Assembly: GCA_965235115.1 (NCBI GenBank)
Contig: OZ249448.1
Coordinates: 3,658,001-3,722,000 of the forward strand
Direction: 5' to 3'
Source: Laetmonice hystrix
Taxonomy: Eukaryota
DNA: 64,000 nucleotides
Shown: one piece after another, positions 34,901 to 47,082 of the stretch
How the letters are laid out: the number at the start of each line of letters is the position of its first letter
Position numbering within the stretch: position 1 is the stretch's first letter
Position numbers and translations under genes: made by a program
The notes under the pieces: generated by a model
What the model was told of the DNA's origin: nothing
The model's database searches: none
The model's input: only the letters and a program-made list of their open reading frames with translations

Positions 34901-37900
34901 ATACGAAATAGTTACAGTCGGCGTCTGGGTCTACTCTGGCGTGACGAACCAACCCTTTAATTGATTGCTCGGTCGTCACGGGCCGCTGCGTCGCCGCCCG
35001 AGCACGTTGGCTGTGCGCGCGTTCTTGCCCAGTGCCCATTGAACGCACGTGGGAAAGTCATGCATAACAATGACCATGACAGGTCAGCGGAAAAGGCCAT
35101 CGGCAACAAATCTACGGCGTCCAAGAACGGGGGAACCCGAGGACCGTCAGATGGTCAAGGCCAAGGTGTGCTGCGTGGACTGTGTCCAGGCCAAAACGTG
35201 TTAAAGTGATAGTAGTGTATGGAATCGGGCCTATGGGGAAGGCCCTGCGTTCTGCACGCTAAACATAGAAAATCGCCAATACATACGATATGGAAACACA
35301 TGGCTAAGACTAAGCGCATGAAATTTAATTCCAGATAATTTGCGAAATATTATATTTCAGTTGTGGCTCTGGTCAGGAAGCTGAACTGAAAAACACCTAA
35401 CAATCCTTACAGATCTACTGTACATCGAATGCGCAGTAACAATATCACTGCCTCATTGACTTATTTGAGGCCTACTGCAATAATAATTTCAACATAAATT
35501 TCTAATTTTATCAAACTAAAAGCAATGCCTTAGATATCCTTAAAAACGTTCAGAGCGTCTCTGTATTTAGTATGCCTAGTACCCCCCCCCCCCCTTACAC
35601 AACCTTGGCGACTAGCTTTACCTGGCAGTCCTGTAGGCAGAAACTGTTATTGAACGTTACTGATGTCTACCTGAGCGTCGACCATAGCGCTCACCTAAGC
35701 CGTCGATCAACTGGCGTCCAACCCAATCCTATTACTCATAAATGAAGCTGAAGGGCCGATCAATGCCAGAATTATTTTCTATGGGCACGCGCTTCCCGTG
35801 GCTACATAACCGCAATTATACGATCAACTATGGCAATTTAGTCATTTTCCATTAGCTAGGTATAAACTGGAAGCCGAAATAGCGGAAGCATTTTTTTAAT
35901 GTTATTATTTTTTGAGAGGTAAATGTTATAGCTTGGAGAGGTGGGCAGGTACTTTGGGGGGTTGGTATAGTGGGATGGAGTTAGCTGGGGTTGTTGTATA
36001 TAGTGCTTGCAGGCAGCGTGGTAAAGTAGCATGCAGAAGGCGCGTGGTAAATTGAGCGTGCTGGGAGGTGCCGGGCCAAGCCTTGTTCGTGCTAGGCAAC
36101 TTCTGATCACACTTGATCATATTTACTGGGGCATTCCCAGGGTGAGCTATCCAACTCTGGTCCGAACTGTAACTCTCTTCGGACCTTTTCTTTATGAAGG
36201 GTGCACAGAGCAGAAACTAACACCCCACCCCCACTTCCCTAGTCTAGTTGTTTCTCCCCAGCTATGGCTAGATTTATCACCATTGATAATACAGGATTAT
36301 TAACCTTAAATAATCAGCTGAATTTAATTAGCTGAGCGATTCAAGTGATTGAAAAGACACGCAAAGGTTTAAAATCTCTCGAGGCATCTCCTGGCGACTC
36401 GTGCACCACTAATGCCGTTGTTGCCTGCTCCAGATTGGCCACAATCGTAGCACGTGATAATCACCCCCTAAATATTTTATCACTTGAATTCAATTCGCTT
36501 ACAGCCCGGTGCCTGACATGCCAGCCCCCAATTATCGCCCACCCTGTACACAAGCCTTGGCCTTCCATCCAGTCGGGACGAGGGGGGTAACGGCATTGTT
36601 GTAATAATTCTGAACAAACCTGCTTCTTTTAAAAATTATTTACCCCCTTTTATGTATTCTCATGATTCTAATCTTTCAAAATTTCAAAATCATTCACAAT
36701 AGAATGACCTGTAGTTTCATATGGCCTAAGAATCGAAACTGACAACCAGGGTCATAGAGCCATACCATTACTGAAAGTTTAAAAATTTCATCCACACCTC
36801 AAATCTCAAATAGTGTTAGCCGCATAACACAATCTTGAAAACCATGTGATTATGGTAAGCTAACCATTTGTAAGTAGTCGTTTAATCAATTTTCCAGAAA
36901 CGCTATTCACATATTCGTTACGCTTACACGGCTAATGCAAAGTTCTACCGTTGAAGTCGCCAATTATCATGGAGTTCCGTGTAAGTTGAGATATTTAGGT
37001 ACCATTTAACGTCACGTGGTCCAGTGCCCTTGACCGCTCGGCCACGCCCGCCCGCCTCGGGCCTTCATACTGTCGCGGTCAGTCATTAACTTACCAATTA
37101 AGTTGATTTCACGCGTTTAGGGTGGTTTCAACGCGCATTGGCTACAATAGGAGGGCTTCTAAAACTGGCTTTATTAATTGTAAAGAGCCAAAGCTAGTAA
37201 TGGCAGGCATTTACCTATAGACGTGTTTAAGGGCAAGGGCGTCATTATTCCACTTAAAACTTATTACCAAATCAAAGCGTCTCTCAGCTGATTTCCTCTT
37301 TCGTCGATCGGCTGCCTGCGATAATCATTAGTGCGGCCCGTTTCATTCGGCAGACGACAATTTTTCATTGATCGACCCAGGCATAGCCGCGCATGCGTAA
37401 TGCCTTCATCATGATATTTTTCCTCGAGTATTTCTGCATTAGCATATCTAATATGGCCACGGACGCTTATGAAGTCAGTTATATTCGATGGGGCATGGAA
37501 TGCCATAAAACTATAAACATTCCATTTAGTGTTGAGAAAACTTAGCAGTTCCCCATGACCTACATGGTTTTAGCGAACTGTGATTTTCATAGTTGTCTTC
37601 CTAGTTAGCAATCAAAGTTGATCACTGATATTCATCACTAAGCAGCAGAAGTCGATTTTTCAATGATTAACCTCAACCTTAGGCCTGCACGCGCCAAGCT
37701 CTGTTGTAGAGATTTCATATCCGGTCATGCGCAAAACCGGCCCATTCATCTGTTGCGCCTGGGTGAACTTCTTGACAGGCGTCTGCCCCTGTACCTGACT
37801 ACTGTGATTTTGACTGTGAAGGGAAAGTTTTCAACAGTTCCACCCAATGGTAAAAAAACACGCAGTGCTCGATGCAAGTACCTTACTAAAGACCAAAATA

Positions 37901-38615
37901 ATAACATTTCTAAAAGCTAAATTAAAACAGATAAATATTGAACTCTAGCCGTCTTCTATCGAGACCCCCCCCCCCCCCCCAGGTTAAAATTTATGTCTAA
38001 CCTTTACGATGCAGGACTAAGCATTCTAAGGTGAAGGATGCGGGACTTCAAATGATCGTAGCAGTGAGGGTTCCTGGGAACAAGCCAAGTACAATGGGCA
38101 ACTTTTGGCAGTCACCATCGATATAGGATTGATTATGGGTTGAGTGTGCGTCGGGTTGGGGGGGGGGGGAGTGGGATTTTGTATTCGTTTAGGCCTGGCT
38201 AGAAGTACTTGCCAGCAGAATTCATTTCTAAAGTTTGCTAGGCCAAGGGGAATGCTACGCCCTGTCTGCTGCAAGCATTTCTTTTACCTTTAGGAGAAAT
38301 GCAAACTCCTTGATGCATGTTCATAAAGTTACAGCAGTGTCTTAAACAGCAGATCCCACATAAAATTTGTAGTTTGCTGTTTAATCAAATGCCAAGGCCT
38401 GCATTATTGTATTATAAGACTAAATTCAAATATTAATGATCAAAATCAGAATGTTCAGAACCAGTTCAGAGCCAGGCTGACGTTACGTTACAAGAGAACT
38501 TCATCAATATCATACCCCCATCCTAATTCTGATTCTCCACCGAAATATGTCGATGGCTGGCCTGATTAGGTTTTAATCAAACTCGAACCAGAGTAAATAT
38601 TTAATACCCTGGTGT

Positions 38616-38811
38616 GGACTACAATGCCTTGATATTCTTTGTGGGGAATTAATTTGAAAGGCGCTTTATTCGGACACTACTTGGCAGTCACAACAGGGGC
38701 CCGTGAAATGTTTCAAGATGGCGGCGCGTTCTGCACGCTTCATTGACGACGGAATGTATTCAGACGCGGTTCAACGCCGGGCGCGTCGCTCAGGCGTAGC
38801 GGAGGGTAACG
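38616..38811 (+). promoter_or_regulatory. Promoter plus probable first exon of an unidentified plus-strand gene
   Basis: GGACTACAATGCC (38616-38628) lies ~100 bp upstream of CAAGATGGCGGC (38714-38725). CpG-rich MAARSARFIDDGMYSDAVQRRARRSGVAE ends at a GAGG|GTAACG donor (38806). Confidence 0.45.
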
Positions 38812-39660
38812 GTGGGCGGGTCCAACCCCCCTCCCCCGACTCCCAACCCTCCCGCACAACTGCCATGAGTTCAATACAGACCCACCCACCCCCATCTCTC
38901 CTTATGTTAATCATCACCCTAACCGATCTGTTTCTACTTACCTGTCAGCCATTCAAAGCGTTTGCCACCTCCATACCGAATGTCATAAATGCATCCAAAG
39001 ACCGCCAACGCCACCACCGTGTACCTCTATGGAATGAACGGAAAATACATTATATACGGCCACCTACAACGACTTACTCTACCGCGCTCCTTGACTAAAA
39101 GTATTGAAGGCTTTAAGTAATCAAAATATTAAAGTCTTCACTACTTTTAGTTCAGAAACGCTTTATAGACGTCAACTCTTTAAGGAATCATCGGAATATC
39201 TATACACATGGAATATTACCAGGAGGACCACTTATACCCCGTGCTAACCCCTGCTCAGGACTCAGGAGGCCATACACTTCAGAAATTACAAACCGGTTAT
39301 ATGGTCAGGTGACACAGGTGTATTTTACAAATCATATAGCCTAATGATCATATATATAGCAGCAGCTGAGGACCACAATGTCTCTGGCCACCTACAGGCC
39401 TGATCCACAGTGCCATTCACCGACTTTAAAAACACAACTCTTCACAAACTGTCGGATGTTTTCACAGATACGCTGCAGATAAAGTGTCGTTATTTATAAG
39501 CAGCTTTTATACAGTTAAAAAAGCTCTTTTTGTATGGTTCTACTAACTGCCAATGTTGAAGCAGAGTATCGATCTCGTATGGTTCAGGCATTCATTCCAT
39601 GTACTGTGGAGAAAGGTATTGATTACGAGTGTGAGTTGTTCCCTTTTGTGTGTATGTTTT

Positions 39661-39813
39661 NNNNNNNNNNNNNNNNNNNNNNNNNNNNNNNNNNNNNNNN
39701 NNNNNNNNNNNNNNNNNNNNNNNNNNNNNNNNNNNNNNNNNNNNNNNNNNNNNNNNNNNNNNNNNNNNNNNNNNNNNNNNNNNNNNNNNNNNNNNNNNNN
39801 NNNNNNNNNNNNN
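39661..39813. other. Assembly gap (153 N) next to an (ATT)n microsatellite
   Basis: Run of N followed by TATTATAATTATTATTG... Confidence 0.99.
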
Positions 39814-40353
39814 TATTATAATTATTATTGTAGTTATTATTATTATCCACATTACTATTACACATACGTTTAATTATCATGAGGCTACATATTTTCCTTC
39901 TTTCGTTATCCCAGATAATAAGCTACTGGTATCAGTAGTAATGCAATGATGAAAGAACGCAATGGACGATACGTACACCTTAATAAATTCATTATGCACA
40001 AACTGAATCCATCGTCTGGTAGTTTTTGACCCCCCCCCCCAGGCCACCCTTATTTGTAAATTATTGGGACAATTATACATAATGCTCATCAATATGCCAT
40101 TGGAATATGCACTTCAGGTCGTAAACTATCGAACTTTTGGTAGTCTATAGCAGTCACACCCGCCAATAAGACTGGATTAAATAAGAGCCATATTCCTTCA
40201 TACTGTGGGTCCTAGAGTCAGTGATTGGCTACCTCGAATTGACCAGCCAATTAGAAGTCTTGCAACATGTTTTGTTTAGTAAATTTGGGCAAGAACTTTA
40301 CTCTTTTACTCTACCAGCTTGGGGGGGGGGTCCTCTTGGGGACGCCTATGCCA

Positions 40354-40446
40354 TGAGTGAGAGAGTGAGTGAGTGGGGGAGTGAGTGAGTGAGTGAGTGA
40401 GTGAGTGAGTGAGTGAGTGAGTGAGTGGGGGAGTGAGTGAGTGAGT
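40354..40446. repeat. (GAGT)n microsatellite
   Basis: About 90 bp of GAGT/GAGA/GGGG variants. Confidence 0.95.
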
Positions 40447-42073
40447 ATAGTTGGTAAGCAGTATTTCAGCTATTTCGGGACGAGAACCACGTTAACTAAC
40501 TCAGTCGGCGAAATCCATGGTGGATATATCGGATAAGATGATAGGAAGAAACCCGCGCAGCGGGGCGAACCCCTACTCTTTTCGATAGATTCCAAGGTAT
40601 CTATCATCTTTAACGTGTCCCTCCATATAGACGTATCGTGACGTATCGCAAGCACTGCCATGCTGGCGAGAGTCCCGGTTAAATGTACCCGCAATGCAAT
40701 GCTCAAAATGGCGCCTATTTCACCCGAGGCTACTTTCGAAGATATGGCCGAGGATTCCCGAATGGGCAGCACAGTTATAAATGCAGGACGGTCTGGCGAC
40801 TCCGTGGCCATTTAGACACTTGGCTTGGTGTAATCTTTACATCCCATTATAACTATTATGCTTATGTTATATACACCTTTTACTTGCCACCAGCTCTATC
40901 CCCAAGAAAAAGTTTGAACCACGCTGTAACGACACGGAATCGGAGCAAGATTTAAGCGAGGAACAGCTGCGCCCCCTGGAGGCATATGCAAACATCACCG
41001 CCGTCTATCGGCACATTCCTGACGTTATTCAAACCTTTGTCGGCTCCAGCGTCGCCCCAACTTTTTTTTACAAAATGCCAACAAAAAGGGATTTCTGTTA
41101 CTACAATTAGAGTCTGTTTCAGGAACGAGCAAGTTGACGTAAATAGGCCTACTATTACCTTATCGATGTTATGCACGAGTTGTTTCAGGACGTCGTATTG
41201 GGCGAGAATCAGGGTTGAGCCAGGGTTAGCGTATTTGTCTAAAAATGGGATTCGAATAAAGAGGCAATAAAAAACTTTGTTAGGCATAGGAATGTAAATC
41301 TATAGGGCTATACAAATCTTTTCGTAATAAAATATCACATACTATAGGTCCATTCCGGCATTTTGCAGCAAAACATTCTTCCTCCTTGAAACTTTTATTT
41401 TGATTTTGACCACAATTTGATTGTGCCCTCAAACGATTATGGCAACCCCTTTCCGTCTAAATCTCGCTTGCCCCTCTTATACATCCCCAAGGTCAAACAA
41501 TATTCAGAAGTCTACCTTTATGACAGAAGTTACAAAACTTTATTGTTTCCAGGTACAGATACTGCGGCGGCCACTTACAGCTATTGTCCAGCAGCTCCCA
41601 AAACATTCACACTATACTCTCAAAATCTACGTTCTACATTTAATGAAAATGTTCCACATTAGATTACATTTTACTTCGGCATATATTCCCAACGGTCCTT
41701 ACGAACTACATTTCATGAAGAGTTGTATAGAGATTGGCCGCCATACCTTCACTTGTCGACTCAGTCACGCATTCCCAGCTTCACAATTGCTAGTGTCAGC
41801 TTTTAATACCTCATTATTGTTCTCATCAGATGTTTACATGGGTAATATACTATGAAAGGGGAACAAATAACAGACTGTCCGCTAGTATCGTCCTTGTATA
41901 TGTTACAGTGCGTAGCATTTAAGTGACTATTTACAATATACTCTTTTTTTTATTTCATTAAAGATGTCGAAAAAAAGCTTTAGACCTCATTGAATACCTC
42001 ATTTTTAAGATCCTGTCGAAAATCTAATCCACCATATATAATGTGAACCAAAATTACGATTGCTAAATAGTGC

Positions 42074-42087
42074 CTGCCATCTAGTGG
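42074..42087 (-). promoter_or_regulatory. CTCF-like motif downstream of the zinc-finger gene
   Basis: CCACTAGATGGCAG on the minus strand. Confidence 0.3.
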
Positions 42088-43508
42088 TAAAATAATATAC
42101 TACATGGAACCATGTCCTCGTGAATGTGTAGACCATCTTAGTTGAACCCTCCCCCCTCCCATTAAAAAAATACAAATACACACACAAGACAAGCATACTC
42201 GTTTGTGAACACTACGAATATAGGCATCAATTGCACGTGCGTGTACAAAAAAAAGAAGCACCGGTGCTCCCGGGACAATGGCGTCCACACAGCACACAAC
42301 GATACGCATATCATTACATAAGATAGCTCATAATAACAAAAAGAACAAAAACTAGAAACCGATGCTGCTTTCATTCTAATTGAATACCGTCAGCGGGTTC
42401 CCGTCTGTGCACGCTCCAAACCTTCCTGATATGTTAGTCGCGATCACAATTTCTATCTCTAAAACTAGAAAAAGTCAAGTGGTAAAACTTCTCAGCGATC
42501 GGTGCCTCCCACCCATCCGTCCGCTTCTTCAAACGAGTTCATTTCTTGAGCACCAATATTTGCATAACACTACCTTTCTTTGCACTCCATTCGTATAAAT
42601 CCATTATCTTTTTAATATCGGTATTTACAGACGACTACTTACGATAGCTTGATATGAGCAATATATACAGACTACAAAACACGACATTTCTCCTTAAGTC
42701 CTAAATAATATATTGTGCACCTTCGGTGGATAGCTAATTGTGTATGGTCTGTTCCAACTATTATCACGCTAATGTGGTGACCATATAATCATCACAAAAG
42801 ACACGTAGAAACCGCAAGGCAAGAGTAAAATGAACCGCTACTGATCAACTTCATGTACAAATTTCTTTTGTCATACTGCCAGAAGAGCTTAAAATCTTCT
42901 AAAGTGTTGTTCCTAACTTCTAGGGCAAGGTCAACGTTTATAAAAACACTTAAAATCAGTGCAATTTGAGCCACTTTTGAGTACCTGGCCAATAGAAGGC
43001 AATGCAATATCACCGATATCTTATATTATCTTTCGAGACGGCTACCAACTGAGCTCCAATCAGGTCATGGATTTTACCACAAACCCATGAATCCGTACAT
43101 CTATTCAGAAAGACCTTCAACACCAGCACCGACGGTAGCGTAAAGACAAATATCCCTGCTCCTGTACATATATTCGCTTCTTCTTTTCAATCAGATGCCA
43201 GAAATATTCAAATCCATCTCTACATTACAAAGTACACAATGTATAACTTACAGGCCATTTCTGGGTGCTGTTTTCTTAATGTTGAAAGTTATCATTTGAC
43301 AAGCGGCCCCATGTTCCATATCTCCCTGGATGTCTCACCCCAGTGCTCTCAGCCTCTCTCAAGAGAGAGAAAGCCTCTTGGAACCGCTGTCTACCACATA
43401 CAGAACTCAGACGACGAAATAAACTGTGAATATAATGGTCCTAACGAATTCGCACTAATAAATAATACATACCGGTATGTTTATAAATGGCATTGGTACA
43501 CACACAGT

Positions 43509-43514
43509 TTTTAT
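43509..43514 (-). terminator. Candidate poly(A) signal of the zinc-finger gene
   Basis: AATAAA on the minus strand, ~350 nt after the stop codon. Confidence 0.4.
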
Positions 43515-43864
43515 TAAACACACCCCTACTATACTGATGACCCAGAAGTTCTGAGGACGAGGTAATCACTAAAAACGTGTGCTGTGCGAAAACATACAAA
43601 TTATGCTTTTTCATACATGAAGTCTTTAAGTGTTAGGAACTTCAGATAAATACAAATTTACCAAAAAACCTGCGGCATCTTTCTCCACATCAGGTTATGA
43701 CAAAGACTTTGGCCCGTTTTACGATTACACATTTACGAAACGTAATTAACAAAAGCGTGTACCCTGAGGTGCCTATAAATAGTTTAAAACAGAGTTACCG
43801 AAAAGAGATCACTATTACATTTTGGCACAGACTGCGAGGACCATCACAATCATCGACCATAAAT

Positions 43865-46800
43865 TCAGTGCAAGGGAACGCCGTATGGAATGTGAACAAT
43901 GTTGGATGTAGGGTGACAGTTCTGAATGTGCTTGGTGACTGTGGCTTTCGTCATTCGGTTAGGAAGGGGACAGTATGGGCATGTCCACTGGATGTTGGGG
44001 GCATGTGATAGAATGTGATCGTGAATGGTGTCCGCGTCTTGCGCCTGGAACTGACAGTACGGACAATCTATATTGGTGTTGTCCGATGTGGAGGAGGCCA
44101 TACGGGGCTGTGGGGGAATGGCGCTACTTGTCACCGTACAAGTGGTAGCAGTGTGTCGTGGCATGAAGGAGGCCGCTGCCCGTACTGTGGCCGCAGGCGT
44201 GTGGGGTCCAGGAACCAGGTATGGAGGCCTTGGCACCCCAGGCGGACCCCGCCGCATGTGCGCCTGTTGGAAGGCTGCGGCTGTCATGCCCACAGTCCCA
44301 GACGGGGCCATCTGTGGATTGGTGTGGCTACCCATATTGTACATGGGTCGGTTCCTCATGAACGGCCTTTGCTGAGACTGAAACTGTCGCCATTTATCCA
44401 ATCCCTGGCCGGGGGTTCCTCTCACTGGATGTACCGGGGGCTGGTATGCGACAGGTACCAGAGGCCGTGGGTGTCGCATCCTTGGGGCAAGATTAAATAC
44501 GTTGAACATCTTTTTTGCTTCTTCTTCATCTTCGGCTTCACCCAACTCGGGATCCTTTGGCAATGTTTCTGCTTGCGTTCTTCCTGCAGCCACTTCATGA
44601 GGCCCCCTGGATTCGGGCACTGCTCTGTTTGTCATTGACACAAGAGATGATAAGGCACTCTGATGCTGGGATGAATCTAACAGACTCATGCCTGCTGTAC
44701 TTCTTATTGTACTTGCAACAGTGCTGGTTTGAACTCTCAGCTCCTCAAGATGCTGCCCTGGGACAGTTCCGATAAGAGGAGGAGGTCCTTTGGCTACACT
44801 GCCTTCCATGCTGGGAGAGGACCGAGGAAGTACCTGTATTAAAGGTGGCATGGTCTTGATAACAGGCCGACGGGCTGTTGCTGCTGGATTTGAGTTAAGG
44901 CGTGGAGCCCCTATCATTGCCGATAAAGGCACCTGCACTGAAGTGTTGTGCTGCCGAACAGGCACAACACCTCGAAGCCCTCCAGAGTTAGAAAGGTGTG
45001 AGTGTGCCGGCAACGGCTGCCGTAACAGAGGGGCAACACCACTTGGCTTCGATACTGGCCCAGGGGTTTGGTGAGCTATGGTAGGTTTAGGAGCTATCGA
45101 CACATATCTCCGATTGTCTGCACCCTGGGATAAGGTACAGTTCTGTTCCAACAAAATGTTCATTCCATCTTGGCTGGGAAAAGTTGCTGTTCCATGAGCG
45201 ACACCAACTTGGTCATCCCCACCACAGCCACCTGTAATATCCGACTGCAGGGGTTTGATTAATATTGGCATAACCGGTTGTTTACCACTGATCTGATGAG
45301 CTGGGGGTGGAGTTTGGATTATGCTAGGTTTAGTCTTCTGTTGTTGACTTTCACATCCTGGCGAAACCTCCAGCCGGGTTGGGAATTGTATGCTCAACAT
45401 TCTCGGCACCTTGGAGAGATCCTGAGGCTCATCTGGTGTTGACGTCTTGGACCTAACAGACAAGCTGAGGTCTTGCGGTTCAGTCAGTTTGTTGGCTGAC
45501 TGGTGCAGGTCCAATGGTTGTTCTACTGGAGGAATGGTGATAACAGAACTATGTGTTTCAGTCACAATGACGTCATCGTCTTCAGTCACATCGTCATCAT
45601 GTTGAGGCTGGTCATCAATATTCTCACAGTCCATATCCAGTTCTCCACCTCCGAGTTTCTGACATATCTGAATGTTATCTGGGCTGATAAGTATGGGGTT
45701 ACTTGAGCTGTTCAAAGGTCTCTTTTGTCTTGGTCTGGCTGGAACTGGATATCCTGGACGAAGAGCCCTGTAGACAATCCCCCGGCCACGTCCCTGGAGG
45801 TTTATATGACGTATTCCTATTGTTGGTCGTATCTCCCCGACAGGCCTCACCAGAGGTCGCACCTTATGTTGCTCACCCATAAATATAATATCATCATCTT
45901 CGTTTATTGGTGTTGGTGGGGCGGGAGACTTCTCGACAGGGCCCTCTATGTTGCAGCTCTTTTCACTGGCAGACTCTGGACTGTTTGTGACAAGGTTATC
46001 TGGTCCAGAGGCCTGCTCACTGACTCCCTCCAGGTTGTGTTTGTTTGCTTCTGTTGGTACATTAGAAGATTCATCTTGCATATCTGAGGAGGCCACCTTT
46101 GCTTCCTCCTGTGGAACACCTACAGACTCCATCTCCTGCTCTAATAAATTCTCCTCAGATGTCTCTGCGCCAATGCTGGTCCTCGTTTCTTCCTTCTCTA
46201 AAACCACATCCCCTGTGACTGAATCACCAAGAACTCGGTCTTGTTCCGTCTCAGTCAGTGCCTCTGGAATCTCTTCTGTACTCGTGGATTCTTTTAAAGC
46301 AACCTTATTCTTGAGTTTTCCATTCATTTTAGCTGGTCTGCTAAAGTACTTCTCCTCATTTGTTATAGATATTGGAACATTTTCGTCTTCACTGGGATGT
46401 TTATTCCGTATGTGTTTATTCATCTGCTCTTTGTGCATCGCGCACCCTGACGGACAGTATGGACATGTATACCAGTACCGCAACTTGTGTGTCTCACCTA
46501 TGTGTGAAATTATATCATCAAGTGTGTCCTTTGTGGACTCACAAAATTTGCACGTGTAGACTTCTAACAAGTTCGTGGCAATGTCTATTTGTGACTCATC
46601 AGAAGAGGCAAAACTCTTCTCCGGAATGAAAGAATCACCCAAATCAGCCTCTGTCGGGTCTACCTGCCCCGCCAGACTCACAACATTCATGATCTTAAGA
46701 GGCAGTGGAAACGAGTCCTTCTGCGAATCGTCCTCTTTGGTTTTGTCTACAGTGAGCAATTCCATTGTCCCGTCAGGATTTATTGTCTCACCTTCACAGG

Positions 46801-46918
46801 TGCTGGAAACTTCCTTACACATGTAGTCTGAGGGTGAAGAACTATTACCAATAGCAGAAGAACTTGGGGTGGGTGACTGCGTTAGGCCAGTTATGTCCTC
46901 TGTGACCTCTTCTTGTGT
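43865..46918 (-). CDS. Giant C2H2 zinc-finger protein, last exon (3,054 nt; four C2H2 fingers, PxDLS motifs)
   Basis: TTTTTGCAG|ACA acceptor in phase 0. Fingers YTCKFC..H...H, YTCPYC..H...H, IDCPYC..H...H and WTCPYC..H...H. Motifs PLDLH, PQDLS x2. TGA at 43865-43867. Confidence 0.9.
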   Translation of the reverse strand, partial: TQEEVTEDITGLTQSPTPSSSAIGNSSSPSDYMCKEVSSTCEGETINPDGTMELLTVDKTKEDDSQKDSFPLPLKIMNVVSLAGQVDPTEADLGDSFIPEKSFASSDESQIDIATNLLEVYTCKFCESTKDTLDDIISHIGETHKLRYWYTCPYCPSGCAMHKEQMNKHIRNKHPSEDENVPISITNEEKYFSRPAKMNGKLKNKVALKESTSTEEIPEALTETEQDRVLGDSVTGDVVLEKEETRTSIGAETSEENLLEQEMESVGVPQEEAKVASSDMQDESSNVPTEANKHNLEGVSEQASGPDNLVTNSPESASEKSCNIEGPVEKSPAPPTPINEDDDIIFMGEQHKVRPLVRPVGEIRPTIGIRHINLQGRGRGIVYRALRPGYPVPARPRQKRPLNSSSNPILISPDNIQICQKLGGGELDMDCENIDDQPQHDDDVTEDDDVIVTETHSSVITIPPVEQPLDLHQSANKLTEPQDLSLSVRSKTSTPDEPQDLSKVPRMLSIQFPTRLEVSPGCESQQQKTKPSIIQTPPPAHQISGKQPVMPILIKPLQSDITGGCGGDDQVGVAHGTATFPSQDGMNILLEQNCTLSQGADNRRYVSIAPKPTIAHQTPGPVSKPSGVAPLLRQPLPAHSHLSNSGGLRGVVPVRQHNTSVQVPLSAMIGAPRLNSNPAATARRPVIKTMPPLIQVLPRSSPSMEGSVAKGPPPLIGTVPGQHLEELRVQTSTVASTIRSTAGMSLLDSSQHQSALSSLVSMTNRAVPESRGPHEVAAGRTQAETLPKDPELGEAEDEEEAKKMFNVFNLAPRMRHPRPLVPVAYQPPVHPVRGTPGQGLDKWRQFQSQQRPFMRNRPMYNMGSHTNPQMAPSGTVGMTAAAFQQAHMRRGPPGVPRPPYLVPGPHTPAATVRAAASFMPRHTATTCTVTSSAIPPQPRMASSTSDNTNIDCPYCQFQAQDADTIHDHILSHAPNIQWTCPYCPLPNRMTKATVTKHIQNCHPTSNIVHIPYGVPLH

Positions 46919-47082
46919 CTGCAAAAACAAAAACCAAGCAACATGAATAATACTGCACCACTGTTTGTTCCTACGTTTTAGGTCATTCCTATCACATGGT
47001 ATTCCTGTATTATCATAAAAGAACTGAACACATTAATAGAGAGTTTTTATATGTTTCTACTTGTGTACAACCTATATCTTAC

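Noticed and set aside
37021-37049. tRNA-like 5' half on the minus strand (GGGCGTGGCCGAGCGGTCAAGGGCACTGG)
   Set aside because: A-box/D-arm only, with no B-box or acceptor stem; at most a decayed SINE head.
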